A DNA stretch of 59,181 nucleotides, filler included, from Nemertoderma westbladi (taxonomy: Eukaryota; Animalia; Xenacoelomorpha): NCBI GenBank assembly GCA_032718475.1. It is 2 parts of 2 records of this genome, joined end to end, with 100 filler letters (N's around TTAATTAATTAA, not from the genome) between each part and the next. Parts side by side here need not be neighbours in the genome. Positions count along the whole stretch, not along the records: positions 31,414 to 59,181 come from JAUCBJ010002341.1; 1 more part is not named here. The stretch is one strand, 5' to 3'. How positions within the stretch are numbered: position 1 is the first letter of the stretch; the number at the start of each line of letters is the position of its first letter. A program made the position numbers and the translations under genes. The notes under the pieces were generated by a model. That model had not been told where the DNA came from, ran no database searches, and saw only the letters and a program-made list of their open reading frames with translations. Positions 46,400 to 59,181 of the stretch are shown piece by piece.

Positions 46400-46825
46400 A
46401 TTTCCGTATAGAACTCCATTTTTATAACTTAAATCATTGTTACCATGGCAACAGTGAAAAGTACTAGAACAAAAAATATATAATATACACTATTCTAGAA
46501 CAAAAAAAAATAAAATAAAAAATTATTGTTCTAGAACATATAGGTAGTAATTTTTTAAATTTAAAATAGCTACTAATAAAAAAAATATATTTATTTCTAT
46601 TATTATTAAAAAATTTATCTAACGGTACCAAATTGTATTATTTGTTAAATTTACTACCTATTTTAAAATTAAAAAAAGACTAGCAATATGTTCTAGAAAA
46701 TTATATTTTTTATTTTATTTATGTTCTAGTATAGTATATAATACGTTTCTATTGTTCTAGAACTCTTCAATGTTGTCATAGTAACAATGACATATGTTTT
46801 AAAAATGCAGTTCTATACGGAACTC
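46400..46825. repeat. AT-rich degenerate palindromic element
   Basis: TTCCGTATAGAACT..TCATTGTTACCATG is inverted by CATAGTAACAATGA..AGTTCTATACGGAA. Confidence 0.7.
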
Positions 46826-47324
46826 TAGCCCATTTTTCTGTTTCATTGCACAAATTGAGGAAATAAAAAATTGGTTAACAAACTCATAATAAATGGTGGC
46901 TTAAAACTCAAAGGAATTTTTACCAAATTGAGACACCAAATTGAGGCATTTTACACGAACACGTTCCTTAGGCGCTTTTGAAGCCTTTTCTCAATGACTG
47001 ACTTTTGACCTTTTTTACAATTTAAGGTTTAAGACGGCTGGCTCTTACCTTAAGACGGCTGGCTCTACCATACCCTGAAGCGTTGTTACAAATTTCAACT
47101 CAATCTGTAAAAAAAATGCCGGAGAAATATAAAATTTTAGAAAAATCCGAGATAAGTGCATCGGTATTACTATGATAGCTATCTCCATTTTTGAAATTTT
47201 TTTAATCGTTTTATTGACAATATTATTATGTTCTAGAACAATATTCACATATAACTTTATATTATTATGATTTCATATTACAATATTAGCATAAATTAAA
47301 ATAAAAAAAAATAAATAAAAAAAA

Positions 47325-47570
47325 CCATGTATTATTCCCACATGATCGGCAGTGTCTAGTAGGACCTTTGCATAGCCATATCACCTTCGTCATGCCATTA
47401 ATTCTCCTTCGAATGACATGTGCATTGAAATCACAGTTAGTGACCCTACATGGTTGAATGTCACTGCCAGTAGGAAGTAATCCAACCGATTGAGCAAAAG
47501 TAATAGCGCTCTCTTCTGTTGCCAATAAAGATGCAATTTCGATAATGTTAGGATCAGTCACTATGAAAAT
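47325..47570 (-). pseudogene. Merlin/IS1595-like transposase N-terminal zinc-ribbon fragment
   Basis: EESAITFAQSVGLL..CRVTNC..WLCKGPTRHCRSCGNNTWF matches the Merlin N-terminus pattern; no DDE domain follows. Confidence 0.6.
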
Positions 47571-47887
47571 AATAACGAACACGTTTATTAAAATGTTCTA
47601 GAATAAAAACCATAGTGATAGCTAGCATTTTCTTGAAATTATAAAAAAAATTGTGAAAACATTGATATTTCAGAATTTAGGGCTAAACTGTTGCAGAATA
47701 TATTAATTACCAAAAATATTGATGATATTATAACAGTTTAAGCTGAACAGAAGAACATGTGGCGAACATGTGTGAACGTGTGGCGGTACAGTTTTTAAAT
47801 CTAAATTCAGCAAAGTGTCCATGAATGAGATCCAGCTATTATCTAAGATAATAATTTAGGCTTGTTAACAAACCAACAACACATATA

Positions 47888-48807
47888 CACCATGTCCCGT
47901 AATATAGTGTCATTTTCTGATGACACGGACCCCCCCCCCCCCCCCCCCCAGATTTTTCTACAAATCTTTATCATATTGCTTGAAATTTGTAACACAACTA
48001 GTTCAACTCACCGTGGTTGTTACCATGAAGCCGGAATTTTCGATTTTGCCTTTAAATTTTTTTTATAAGCGTTTTAAAAAAGTGTCTTTTGCGAAATCGC
48101 ACCCTCCTCCTCCGTATCGTGGACATTCTTCACAATAGTCGTAATTTTTTCATATCATTAAAAAGCTTGCGTCGCAAGGATTCGAAATATGTAACAATAT
48201 CTTAATTTCGTTGAGAAACAGCTGAGATATAGGCGTTCAAATATTGCAAGAATTATCGTTCGCTGAAGGCCACTTATTCTATTTAATAAATACACGATGT
48301 TCTGGAACATTTTGTTTAAGTATGAATAGCTACCGGTACGCAATAGATATATTGGATAGGATTACCGCTGTTGCCAACCAACTTATAAAATAAATAACAC
48401 ATTCTAGAATTTTGTGTATTTATTTAATAAAATAAATGTCCTGCAGCGAACGATAATTCTTGGAATATTTGAACGCCTATATCTCAGCTGTTTCTCAACG
48501 AAATTCAAATATTGTTACATATTTGGAATCCTTGCAACGCAAGCTTTTTGATGATATAAAAAAGTTACGACAAATGCGAAGAATGGCCACGATACTGAGG
48601 GTGCGATTTCGCAAAATGCACTTTTTAAATCGCTTATAAAAAAAAAATTTAAAGGCAAAATCGAAAATTCCGGCTTCATGGGGTCATCGACGGTGAGTGG
48701 AACTAGTTGTGTTTCAAATTCCAAGCAATATGATAAAGATTTGTAGAAAAATCTGGGGGGGGGGGTCCGTGTGATCAGAAAAGGACACTATATTACGGGA
48801 CATGGTG
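47888..48807. mobile_element. Long palindromic MITE with TA target duplication (Tc1/mariner-like), family of 10607-11527
   Basis: TA|CACCATGTCCCGTAATATAGTGTC...GACACTATATTACGGGACATGGTG|TA. Confidence 0.88.
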
Positions 48808-49069
48808 TACATACGCAATATATATATGTATATATATATACAGTATATATAAAAAAACAGTTTTAAACATTTTAAATACATACTATTACTAGCTAGTAAA
48901 TAATTCGCAAGTTCCATTAAAACACCATAGCTACCATAACTAATAATGTTAACAAAAATAAGTAAAATTTTATCATTTTCAAAAAAATACTAGCTAGTAA
49001 AAAAACATACCATATAATAAAATCTGTTAAGGTTCTATAACATTCACCATTATATAGTACCAATTAAAT

Positions 49070-49264
49070 TTGGTCCCGGACAATTCGTTCCCATTAATAT
49101 GCATGTTTTGGGACCGAATTGTCCTAGTCAGTATCCGGACAATTCGGTCCCGGCCAATTCGGACCCGGACAATTCGGTCCCAAAACACAAAATTAATGGG
49201 ACCGAATTGTTTTGGACCGAATTGTCCGAGACCGAATTATCCGTGACCGAATGGTCCTGCTTAC
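49070..49264. mobile_element. Solo right TIR of a MULE-type element (15-bp GGACCGAATTGTCC units)
   Basis: Same architecture as the 45430-45543 TIR (short units in both orientations, ending GTCCTGCTTAC). Confidence 0.55.
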
Positions 49265-50452
49265 GTGTTTGAGGTGGAGTTGTGGGTTATGCAACCGAAT
49301 GTACCGTTTGTGTTTGAGGTAGAGTTGTGGGTTATGCAACCGAATGCACCGTTTGTGTTTGAGGTAGAGTTGTGGGTTATGCAACCGAATGCACCGTTTG
49401 TGTTTGAGGTAGAGTTGTGGGTTATGCAACCGAATGTACCGTTTGTGTTTGAGGTAGAGTTGTGGGTAGTGCGCACCCGAATGCACCGTTTGTGTTTGAG
49501 GTAGAGTTATGGGTTATGCAACCGAATGCACCGTTTGTGTTTGAGGTAGAGTTGTGGGTAGTGCGCACCCGAATGCACCGTTTGTGTTTGAGGTAGAGTT
49601 GTGGGTTATGCAACCGAATGCACCGTTTGTGTTTGAGGTAGAGTTGCGGGTTATGCAACCGAATGCACCGTTTGTGTTTGAGGTAGAGTTGTGGGTAGTG
49701 CGCACCCGAATGTACAGTTTGTGTTTGAGGTAGAGTTGTGGGATGTGCAGGTGCAACCGAATGCACCGTTTGTGTTTGAGGTAGAGTTGTGGGTAGTGCG
49801 CACCCGAATGTACCGTTTGTGTTTGAGGTGGAGTTGTGGGATGTGCAGGTGCAACCGAATGCACCGTTTGTGTTTGAGGTAGAGTTGTGGGTTATGCAAC
49901 CGAATACACCGTTTGTGTTTGAGGTAGAGTTGTGGGTAGTGCGCACCCGAATGTACCGTTTGTGTTTGAGGTAGAGTTGTGGGTTATGCAACCGAATGTA
50001 CCGTTTGTGTTTGAGGTAGAGTTGTGGGTAGTGCGCACCCGAATGTACCGTTTGTGTTTGAGGTGGAGTTGTGGGTAGTGCGCACCCGAATTTACCGTTT
50101 GTGTTTGAGGTAGAGTTGTGGGTTATGCAACCGAATGTACCGTTTGTGTTTGAGGTAGAGTTGTGGGTTATGCAACCGAATGCACCGTTTGTGTTTGAGG
50201 TAGAGTTGTGGGTTATGCAACCGAATGCACCGTTTGTGTCTGATTTAGAGTTGTGGGTTATGCAACCGAATGCACCGTTTGTGTTTGAGGTAGAGTTGTG
50301 GGTTATGCAACCGAATGCACCGTTTGTGTTTGAGGTAGAGTTGTGGGTTATGCACCCGAATGCACCGTTTGTGTTTGACGTAGAGTTGTGGGTAGTGCGC
50401 ACCCGAATTTACCGTTTGTATTTGAGGTAGAGTTTTGGGTTATGCAACCGAA
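49265..50452. repeat. 45-bp minisatellite (GTGTTTGAGGTAGAGTTGTGGGTTATGCAACCGAATGCACCGTTT) with 47/51-bp variants
   Basis: Direct reading; ends ~20 bp before the 50474 splice acceptor. Confidence 0.94.
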
Positions 50453-50473
50453 ATCTTATATTTATTTCCATAG

Positions 50474-50609
50474 GATTGGATGGTGGAGAGCAGAATACCG
50501 ACATATTTGTGCCGAAAGAAGAAAAAAACATATCAATTGATCAACAAGAGTTTGCCGACACTGGCTGTAAAGATGCGGGCACCCAGTGGTCGACAGATCA
50601 ACACAATAA
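50474..50609 (+). CDS. Internal exon (GLDGGEQNTD...QWSTDQHNK) of the spliced low-complexity gene
   Basis: TTTCCATAG| ... AA|GTGAGT; 136 nt, phase 1 to 2, open frame. Confidence 0.65.
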
Positions 50610-51311
50610 GTGAGTATTCATCATGGAAACACAAATATTATGTATTTGTGTCCTTTTTTGTCAAAACACAAAGGCGAAAACACAGCTGAAAACGAAAAAT
50701 AATATGTAGTTATTTATGGTTTAGTTAGTTAATTCCAAAAAATTAATTACATTCCATATTATTGCATTGATTCTTTAAATTCCTGGTTTTTTACCTCATA
50801 TTAGTAAAAATCTTAATAAAATAACTATTCTACGATCACCACTCCAATGTCCTTTTATCTTTTGGTATCACAAGTCATAATATAAAATATTGTTGTAACG
50901 CATTCAACATATGAAGGCATGTTCAGATAACGTATTTGGGGGTGTAAGTGTATCATGTATGTATGTCTCGATATATGTGGCTAACAACTAATTGAAATTT
51001 GTTTAATATGTATGATATCTAGAAAGCAAATGAAAATTAATAAAACTAGAATCGCTTCTACTCTTAATTCTTACATACACACCCCGATAGACCCCTTCCC
51101 GACCCACCTACACATACGTTACATGCTTTTAAGGGATTATTTACGTACAATTAGTAAGTGCTCAGAAATATGTCTATAAATGTGGCGGTCCGTATAAATT
51201 ATTTATAACTATTAATTATAAAAATATTAATTATTTATAAGTCTACATAATTGACATATAAGCTGTATTACTTTATAAAGTGCTGATAAACCATAAACAT
51301 TTTTCGCATAG

Positions 51312-51386
51312 AGGAACTTCTCAACAATCGTTTTCTGACACAAATCACAAGGATGAAAGCAACCAGTGGGTCACTGATCAACAGAA
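51312..51386 (+). CDS. Internal 75-nt exon (GTSQQSFSDTNHKDESNQWVTDQQK)
   Basis: TTTTCGCATAG| ... AA|GTGAGT; phase 2 to 2; paralogous to the 3' half of the previous exon. Confidence 0.65.
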
Positions 51387-51812
51387 GTGAGTATTATTCA
51401 TGTTAGATTATTATTCATATTATTAATAATAGAAGTACAGGCCAGTACTAGTCAATTAATAATTGACACATTATTAAACATTTAGTATGTCAAGTGTGGA
51501 CAAGGGAAAGACTTTTGTTTAAATAAATAGTTTAGCTAAATAAATAATAAAATTTTGTGTACATAAGGTTCGAAATAGGACTTCCATTACAATTTCTTTA
51601 AACCTTATAATAAAAAATTAAAATTAAAAAAAAAAACGATTGAAAACCATGTATGCTACAACAATACAAACCAGAGCTAGGTTACTGCCATGGAGTTACT
51701 GTCGTGGATATTTAGTAATTTTGAGGAAGTGTATTTTTGTAATAAAAAGCACCATTTCTAGTAGATATGTTTTCTGGGTTTACTGTAGTAGGTGTCTTGA
51801 TTTTTTCCTTAG

Positions 51813-52275
51813 GTTTCAAGATTCGGTTGTTACTAATCGAACACAAGAGAGCGAAAGTAAAAATAAACACAAGTTTCACAAGACAAAGAATAACCAAACA
51901 AAAGAGAAAAAAATCAAACACCCGAAAGAAAAGAAAATTAAACAACCGAAAGTAAAGAAAAATAAAGAACCAAAAGAAAAGATAAATAAACAACCGAAAG
52001 AAAAGAAATATGAAGAGTTACATAGAAACCTAACAGAAGAATTAAATACAAATCCTTCAAAATTACATACCAGAGCAGTTACTACAGAAACAAATTCAAA
52101 TTTAACTAGAAACAATCAATTTAAACCAATAAACCAAGAGACAAATGGAACTCGTGGATCAAATGGTGAATGTTTAGGGAATGAAACAAACAGAAGCAAC
52201 TATAATAGGAAGGTTGTTGAGTACGGGGAACTAGTTGATTCCGTAGTGGACATGTTACAGAGGACTAAACCATGA
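51813..52275 (+). CDS. Probable last coding exon, Lys-rich (KQPKEKK repeats)
   Basis: TTTTTTCCTTAG|G phase 2 continues into the FQDSVVTNRTQE frame of the 51640-52275 ORF. Confidence 0.62.
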
Positions 52276-52459
52276 CAACTTATTATCATCAGCTGTTAGT
52301 AGAGAGGACATGGCATATAGATACAGAATTACAGTTTATGACTTTCAGAATTGTAAAAACCAGCAAACAACACCATGGTGATGGACAACTCGATGTCAAC
52401 GAACTATCGCTATTTTCGCCATAACTTGGAGTGGTAACGGGAATATACTTATAGTCTAA

Positions 52460-53371
52460 GGCCCCCCTCACACGGAGAAACTTGTTTCTGCGCCTTGTTT
52501 CTGAAACTTGTTGCTGGACCTCCTCGCACACAGAAACTTTTTGCTGCAACTTGTTTCCGAAACTTATTTCTGCAACTTGTAGTTGGACCACCGCACACAC
52601 AGAAACTTGTTGCTGCAACTTGTTTCAGCAACTTGTTTCAGCAACTTGTTTACGAAACTTGTTTCTGCAACTTGATGCTGGACCCCCGCACACACAGAAA
52701 CTTGTTGCTGCAAATTGTTTCAGCAACTTGTTTCCGAAACTTGTTTCTGAAACTTGTTGCTGGACCCCCTCACACACAGAAACTTTTTGCTGCAACTTGT
52801 TTCAGCAACTTGTTTCCGAAACTTGTTGCTGAAACTTGTTGCTGGACCCCCTCACACACAGAAACTTGTTGCTAGACCCCCTCACACACATAAACTTGTT
52901 GCTGCAACTTGTTTCAGCAACTTATTTCCAAAACTTGTTGCTGCAACTTGTTGCTAGACTCCTTCACACACAGAAACTCAAGAAAATAACAATTATTTCT
53001 AAATAAATATCTAGCATGTCCAGTCATTTGTATATAATATCACATCACTCAAATTATGTAATATTAGCTAGAATCAAAATGGAAAGGAATAAAAGTTTTT
53101 CAAAAAGTTGCTGGTAATATAACTTCCAGCAACTTGTTGCTGGACCCCCTCACACACAGAAACAAGTTGCGGTAACAAGTTGCAGAAACTTGTGTCTGGA
53201 GTCCTCACACACGGAAACAAGTTTCGAAAACAAGTTGCAGCAACAAGTTTCTTGGTGTGAGGGGGTCCAGCAACAAGTTGCAGAAACTTGTGTCTGGAGT
53301 CCTCACACACGGAAACAAGTTGCAGCAACAAGTTTCAGAAACAAGTTGCTCCGTGTGAGGGGGGGGGGGGC
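52460..53371. mobile_element. PIF/Harbinger-type MITE, expanded copy of 40222-40742, opposite orientation
   Basis: TAA|GGCCCCCCTCACACGGAG...CTCCGTGTGAGGGGG..C|TAA; shared inverted central spacer. Confidence 0.85.
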
Positions 53372-53427
53372 TAACTCAATAGTTATGGGAGGGAGATATT
53401 GATGAAAATCTCACCTTAACGCGATAA

Positions 53428-53800
53428 AGGCCTGTTTACACGTGGAAACTTTTAGAGCAACTTTTTCGGCAACTTGTAGAGCAACCCAGGTTGCCGATCA
53501 AGTTGCTCCGTGTAAACACGCAAAAAAGTTGCTGTAAAAGTTGCTCAACTTTTACGGCAACTTGAAGGAATTTGCGTTGACGAATAATCAAATTAAATAT
53601 CAAAAACTAGCTAGTAAATAAAATGACCCACTATTTTACAGTCAAACTAGCCAAGTTGCTATAAAAGTTGCCGGCCAAGTTGCTGGTACAGTTGCTTGTA
53701 AAGTTGCCACGTGTAAACAGCGATTAAATTAAGTTGCTCTAAAAAAAGTTGCTAGTTGCCGAGAAAGTTGCTCTAAAAGTTGCCACGTGTAAACAGGCCT
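53428..53800. mobile_element. PIF/Harbinger-type MITE (TIR AGGCCTGTTTACACGTGG)
   Basis: TIRs flanked by TAA on both sides. Confidence 0.88.
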
Positions 53801-53819
53801 TAAACAAACAATAATACGA

Positions 53820-54127
53820 AATTGCTGAAGTTTATAATTTTCAATTCTAAAATGTTTTAGTTTCAGACCACAAGCGGTAGACTGGAGAACTGCCGACGCC
53901 AGGTTGTAGATATAAACAAGTTTCAGCTTAAACAGATTAACAGTTCCTATAATAAAATGAAAATTTCTAAACTTTTTTCATAGATCACTCCTACTAAGTT
54001 TTAGTTTAAGAAACTGGCGAGTTCCTAAGAAAAAAGCTTTCAAAGATTAGATAGACAGACAGACCGACCAACCGACCGACAGACAGACACGAGGTTGAGA
54101 TAGTGGCCCCCGTGTGCTAAGCTATAA
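53820..54127. mobile_element. Possible Helentron/DINE-like non-autonomous element with (GACA/GACC)n microsatellite
   Basis: GACAGACAGACCGACC tract followed by CCCGTGTGCTAA; a loosely similar inverted arrangement lies at ~485-600. Confidence 0.35.
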
Positions 54128-55519
54128 TACTTGGGGCGAAAGTTAACTGCGGTATAAGATTTTAAAAATTATATCATTATTAATAATATTATTATTATTC
54201 AGCTTGTTATAATTACAGGCAATAGCGATAAATAATATAAAAAATACTCAGCACCAAAATGTATAGACGTAACAGACAATACAATACAAATTAGCTACAT
54301 ACCATCAATAATAATTACTAAAGCAATAATTAATTAATTAAATAGCAATCTTCGCAAAAATCCAAATATTATACGTAGCTAGGTGGAATACAACCAAACC
54401 AAATAATGAATACATAAGTAATAATCCCTAATCTGCATTACAATAATTACAGTCATGAGATAGAATAATGAAAGTAAGTAGAAAACATTAGGAAACTTAA
54501 AGGGGTGTCCATTAATTACATAACACCATCTTAGTTAGTCCTACACCATAAGAACTCCTTCCTTCCTACAAAAACTTGTTGAGTTTTATAATTCGTATTT
54601 TCTTGCAATCTATAAGCATTACTTCATCAGCCTTCAGGCTCCAAACAATAATTATTTATTACATGGAAAAAAAAAGTAGAACGTTTTTTCACTATTCTCG
54701 AGGCATTTTATTTACCGAGCGTCAGCGAGGTTAATAAAGGGTCGAGAGAATATTGAAAAAAAAATGTTCTACGTTTTTTTTCACATGTAATACGTAATTT
54801 TATTCTTAAATTGGTACTATTCTTGTTGCTCAAATCTTTAATAAAACATAGCGAAATACTGCAGTACAGTAGTAGTGTTACAAAATAAATTGAACTGTAG
54901 TATTTCACTATATTGCTTTCATAGTTACTGCGATTCAAATTAACCCTTCAACTCTCGATGTTGCCTTACTCAATGTTACAATAATTTAGTAACTAGGGAG
55001 CTGCTTAACTACCTAAACCAATATTGGAAATTGAGTTCCGTTTTGGAGTTCGCCTTACAGACACTAAAGTGGCAATAACTTTTGAGTGAGTGAATGTATT
55101 TTGCTCAAATTACTTGCAAACCTTTTCTACGTCGATGCTCTTTCAAAATATGTAATATATGTAATGTTAAGAAATTCCACCAAAAATATTTTAATTTACT
55201 TTTTTCGCCGGAAAAAAAATTAAAATCAATGTAATCTTATGGGTTGTTTTTTTCCCTAGGGAAAAAAGTGAAACTTTTCCTCCCGATTTTGGACTAAATT
55301 CGAACGAAAAAGTAACAATTTAAGAATAAACAATTATTATGTTTTTATAATTCTGAAAAATCCGGAATGAAATCTCTGACAAATATGCAATTTACTTTTT
55401 TGAAAAATAAGTTATAAAGCATTAAATAATCTAATTGTCGCCATAATAATAATTACCATTAAACAATATAGATTAAGGGTTTCTGCAATATGGATGAGTG
55501 ATTTTAATTGGATACAAGT

Positions 55520-57686
55520 GAGTATTACCACCGGCCTCTGCTACACACACCACCTCCACAGTTCGCTAGGATGTATTACCACCGGCCTCTGCTACACACA
55601 CCACCTCCACAGTTCGCTAGGAGTATTACCACCGGCCTCTGCTACACACACCACCTCCACAGTTCGCTAGGATGTATTACCACCGGCCTCTGCTACTCAC
55701 ACCACCTCCACAGTTCGCTAGGATGTATTACCACCGGCCTCTGCTACTCACACCACCTCCACAGTTCGCTAGGAGTATTACCACCGGCCTCTGCTACTCA
55801 CACCACCTCCACAGTTCGCTACGATGTATTACCGCCGGCCTCTGCTACTCACACCACCACCACAGTTCGCTAGGAGTATTACCACCGCCCCGTGCTACAC
55901 ACACCACCTCCACAGTTCGCTAGGATGTATTACCACCGGCCTCTACTACTCACACAACCTCCACAGTTCGCTAGGATGTATTACCACTGGCCTCTGCTAC
56001 ACACACCACCTCCACAGTTCGCTAGGATGTATTACCACCGGCCTCTGCTACTCACACCACCTCCACAGTTCGCTAGGAGTATTACCACCGGCCTCTGCTA
56101 CTCACACCACCTCCACAGTTCGCTACGATGTATTACCACCGGCCTCTGCTACTCACACCACCACCACAGTTCGCTAGGAGTATTACCACCGGCCTCTGCT
56201 ACTCACACCACCACCACCGTTCGCTAGGATGTATTACCACCGGCCTCTGCTACTCACACAACCTCCACAGTTCGCTAGGATGTATTACCACCGGCCTCTG
56301 CTACTCACACAACCTCCACAGTTCGCTAGGATGTATTACCACCGGCCTCTGCTACTCACACCACCTCCACAGTTCGCTAGGAGTATTACCACCGGCCTCT
56401 GCTACTCACACCACCTCCACAGTTCGCTAGGAGTATTACCACCGGCCTCTGCTACACACACCACCTCCACAGTTCGCTAGGATGTATTACCACCGGCCTC
56501 TGCTACTCACACCACCACCACAGTTCGCTAGGATGTATTACCACCGGCCTCTGCTACTCACACAACCTCCACAGTTCGCTAGGATGTATTACCACCGGCC
56601 TCTGCTACACACACCACCTCCACAGTTCGCTAGGATGTATTACCACCGGCCTCTGCTACTCACACCACCACCACAGTTCGCTAGGAGTATTACCACCGGC
56701 CTCTGCTACTCACACCACCTCCACAGTTCGCTACGATGTATTACCACCGGCCTCTGCTACTCACACCACCACCACAGTTCGCTAGGAGTATTACCACCGG
56801 CCTCTGCTACTCACACCACCACCACCGTTCGCTAGGATGTATTACCACCGGCCTCTGCTACTCACACCACCTCCAGCTCCACAGTTCGCTAGGAGTATTA
56901 CCACCGGCCTCTGCTACTCACACCACCTCCACAGTTCGCTACGATGTATTACCACCGGCCTCTGCTACTCACACCACCACCACAGTTCGCTAGGAGTATT
57001 ACCACCGGCCTCTGCTACTCACACCACCACCACCGTTCGCTAGGATGTATTACCACCGGCCTCTGCTACTCACACAACCTCCACAGTTCGCTAGGATGTA
57101 TTACCACCGGCCTCTGCTACTCACACCACCTCCACAGTTCGCTAGGATGTATTACCACCGGCCTCTGCTACTCACACCACCTCCACAGTTCGCTAGGATG
57201 TATTACCACCGGCCTCTGCTACTCACACCACCTCCACAGTTCGCTAGGATGTATTACCACCGGCCTCTGCTACTCACACCACCTCCACAGTTCGCTAGGA
57301 TGTATTACCACCGGCCTCTGCTACTCACACCACCTCCACAGTTCGCTAGGATGTATTACCACCGGCCTCTGCTACACACACCACCTCCACAGTTCGCTAG
57401 GAGTATTACCACCGGCCTCTGCCACAGTTCGCTAGGATGTATTACCACCGGCCTCTGCTACTCACACCACATCCACAGTTCGCTAGGATGAATTACCACC
57501 GGCCTCTGTTACACACACCACCTCCACAGTTCGCTAGGATGTATTATCACCGGCCTCTGCTACACACCACCTCCACAGTTCGCTAGGATGTATTACCACC
57601 GGCCTCTGCTACACACACCACCTACACAGTTCGCTAGGATGTATTACCACCGGCCTCTGCTACTCACACCACCTCCACAGTTCGCC
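55520..57686. repeat. 50/51-bp minisatellite (GTATTACCACCGGCCTCTGCTACTCACACCACCTCCACAGTTCGCTAGGAT), ~42 copies
   Basis: Direct reading; explains the MYYHRPLLLTPPPQFAR ORFs. Confidence 0.96.
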
Positions 57687-58044
57687 ATCAGCCATATAAC
57701 CCATCAATTCCTATGCTTTATCTAGACCTGAGTCTTTCGGCAGACGTTACAGGAATGCCAATGGTGACCACCGTGAATCCACTAGACTGTCATGGAACTA
57801 TAGTATACATCGGTGGCCGGTGATCACAGTAGCGCTAGGTTTGGCAGTGTTACCGTACAATGCCTCATTTATTGAATGACATTGTATTTTTGTTTGCCAG
57901 TAGTGACTCCTGCGTAGCACGTTGTTCTATTTACTGGTGTTAATTATTTTAGGCGGAGGGGGATTTTAGGAGTTTTAGGCATTTCCGTGATCGGGATTGA
58001 CACCTTCGGGATTTAATTTTTTAATACAATTTCGACAAACTAGG

Positions 58045-58142
58045 GATAGGAGTAGCGCCCACCCATACCTTCGGGTAGCAGATAGGAGTAGCGCCCACCC
58101 ATCGGGTAGCAGATAGGAGTAGGGCCCACCCCTACCTTCGGG
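58045..58142. repeat. Three short tandem copies of GATAGGAGTAGCGCCCACCC
   Basis: Direct reading. Confidence 0.75.
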
Positions 58143-59181
58143 AGCCTATCCAAAGGGGAGCCTTCGGGTCGCATCCGGCCTCGGCCGACTGTTTGCTTGC
58201 TTTCTGTATTTGTGGGTTTTGGGTATAAGTGATTATATCACCTTGTATTCCACACTGCAGAAATATTAATTAATTTGACTTATGAAGATTTTCCAGCACA
58301 TTGACATTGTGTTGTAAAAATATGTGTGCGACTGTTGAATGGCGATTTTTTATGAAGACATCATAATATTCTAAAGATTCAGAACAAATTTAAAGGCGAA
58401 ATAATAAAAAAAATCTGAGACCAAGGAAAATATGAGGCTAAAACTATATAATATTATAATCTATAAATAATATAATTCATAATTCTCTATCAGATTTGCC
58501 CGATAATTACAAGGAGGACAATTTGGAAGGCAAATTTATTTCTTTACTTACAATTAAAGTGAATTGTAAGTGACATAACAGTAGTATGCACCAAAAAGGG
58601 AGGGCCTGCTGGTTGTTTATCATTCTAATAAATAATAACAGCACAAATATATTGGATAGGTAAATATATTCTCACATCAATAAACAACAATAATTTACTG
58701 TTCTGAAAGAAACTATCCCCAAAGTTTAATGCGATACGTAAAAATAAACTTTAGGTAAAGGAAATATTTCTGTCACTATTTTAAATTGACTGAAATTAAA
58801 GGGCGAATAATAATTTTAGAGAATAATAATTCGATAAAAAAGTAAGCGGAAAACACCAGCTTTATTTCACTGATTTTCAGCTTATTGAATTTCAACTACT
58901 TTGTCCGAGTGGTTGAGTTTCACACGAGTTGATACGTTCTAGGAACGAGCGAAGCGAGTGCTAGGATCCCAACGAGTGGAAAGCTCAACAGACGAGGGCA
59001 GAATATCTCTGCTAATGAAAATTACTTTAATTTTGAAGTAACTTCGAGATAACAGGAACACCGAAAAAAATAATCACGAAATAAAAAAAAGAATATAAAG
59101 GATACACAGAATATAATTTGGAAAACACTGGGAAAATAAACAATTATTTTTTCCACTGACTCAGATTTGTATAATTTTCCT

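Noticed and set aside
49193-50430. THNSTSNTNGAFGCI repeat ORFs
   Set aside because: 45-bp minisatellite with frame-breaking variants, lying in a predicted intron.
52289-53402. Cys-rich ETCC/ATCF ORFs (also 40244-40537)
   Set aside because: Translations of Harbinger MITE internal repeats.
55508-57491. MYYHRPLLLTPPPQFAR repeats resembling a neuropeptide precursor or extensin
   Set aside because: Alternating 50/51-bp units shift frame constantly; no signal peptide or dibasic cleavage sites.

Overview
AT-rich, repeat-dense genomic DNA from an invertebrate animal (species not determinable from sequence), with an assembly gap at ~31314-31413. Host genes: an intronless GABA/glycine-type Cys-loop channel (939-2072 +), an intronless MARVEL-domain protein (6298-6981 -), a four-exon divergent non-alpha nicotinic-type Cys-loop subunit (25703->14384 -, 487 aa reconstructed by hand), a small orphan ORF (39165-39578 +) and a spliced low-complexity gene (~45661-52275 +). 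The most striking feature is an intronless, divergent HAP2/GCS1 (gamete fusogen)-like ORF (16437-18014 -) nested on the same strand inside intron 2 of the nicotinic-type gene. An endogenous Polinton/Maverick (adintovirus-like) segment carries an integrase, a packaging ATPase, a GG-motif core protein, a RING protein and an orphan ORF. It ends in ACTACT at 35982 inside a 44-bp satellite, and its other half is lost at the gap. Other mobile DNA: an apparently intact MULE transposon with a LINE inserted in its left TIR, RTE, Penelope and Merlin remnants, a tRNA/Deu-type SINE and many palindromic MITEs. There are about 10 tandem arrays, including a 4.6-kb 16-bp CCAAT/palindrome satellite just upstream of the nicotinic-type gene. 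All calls come from reading motifs by eye; no database searches were run.
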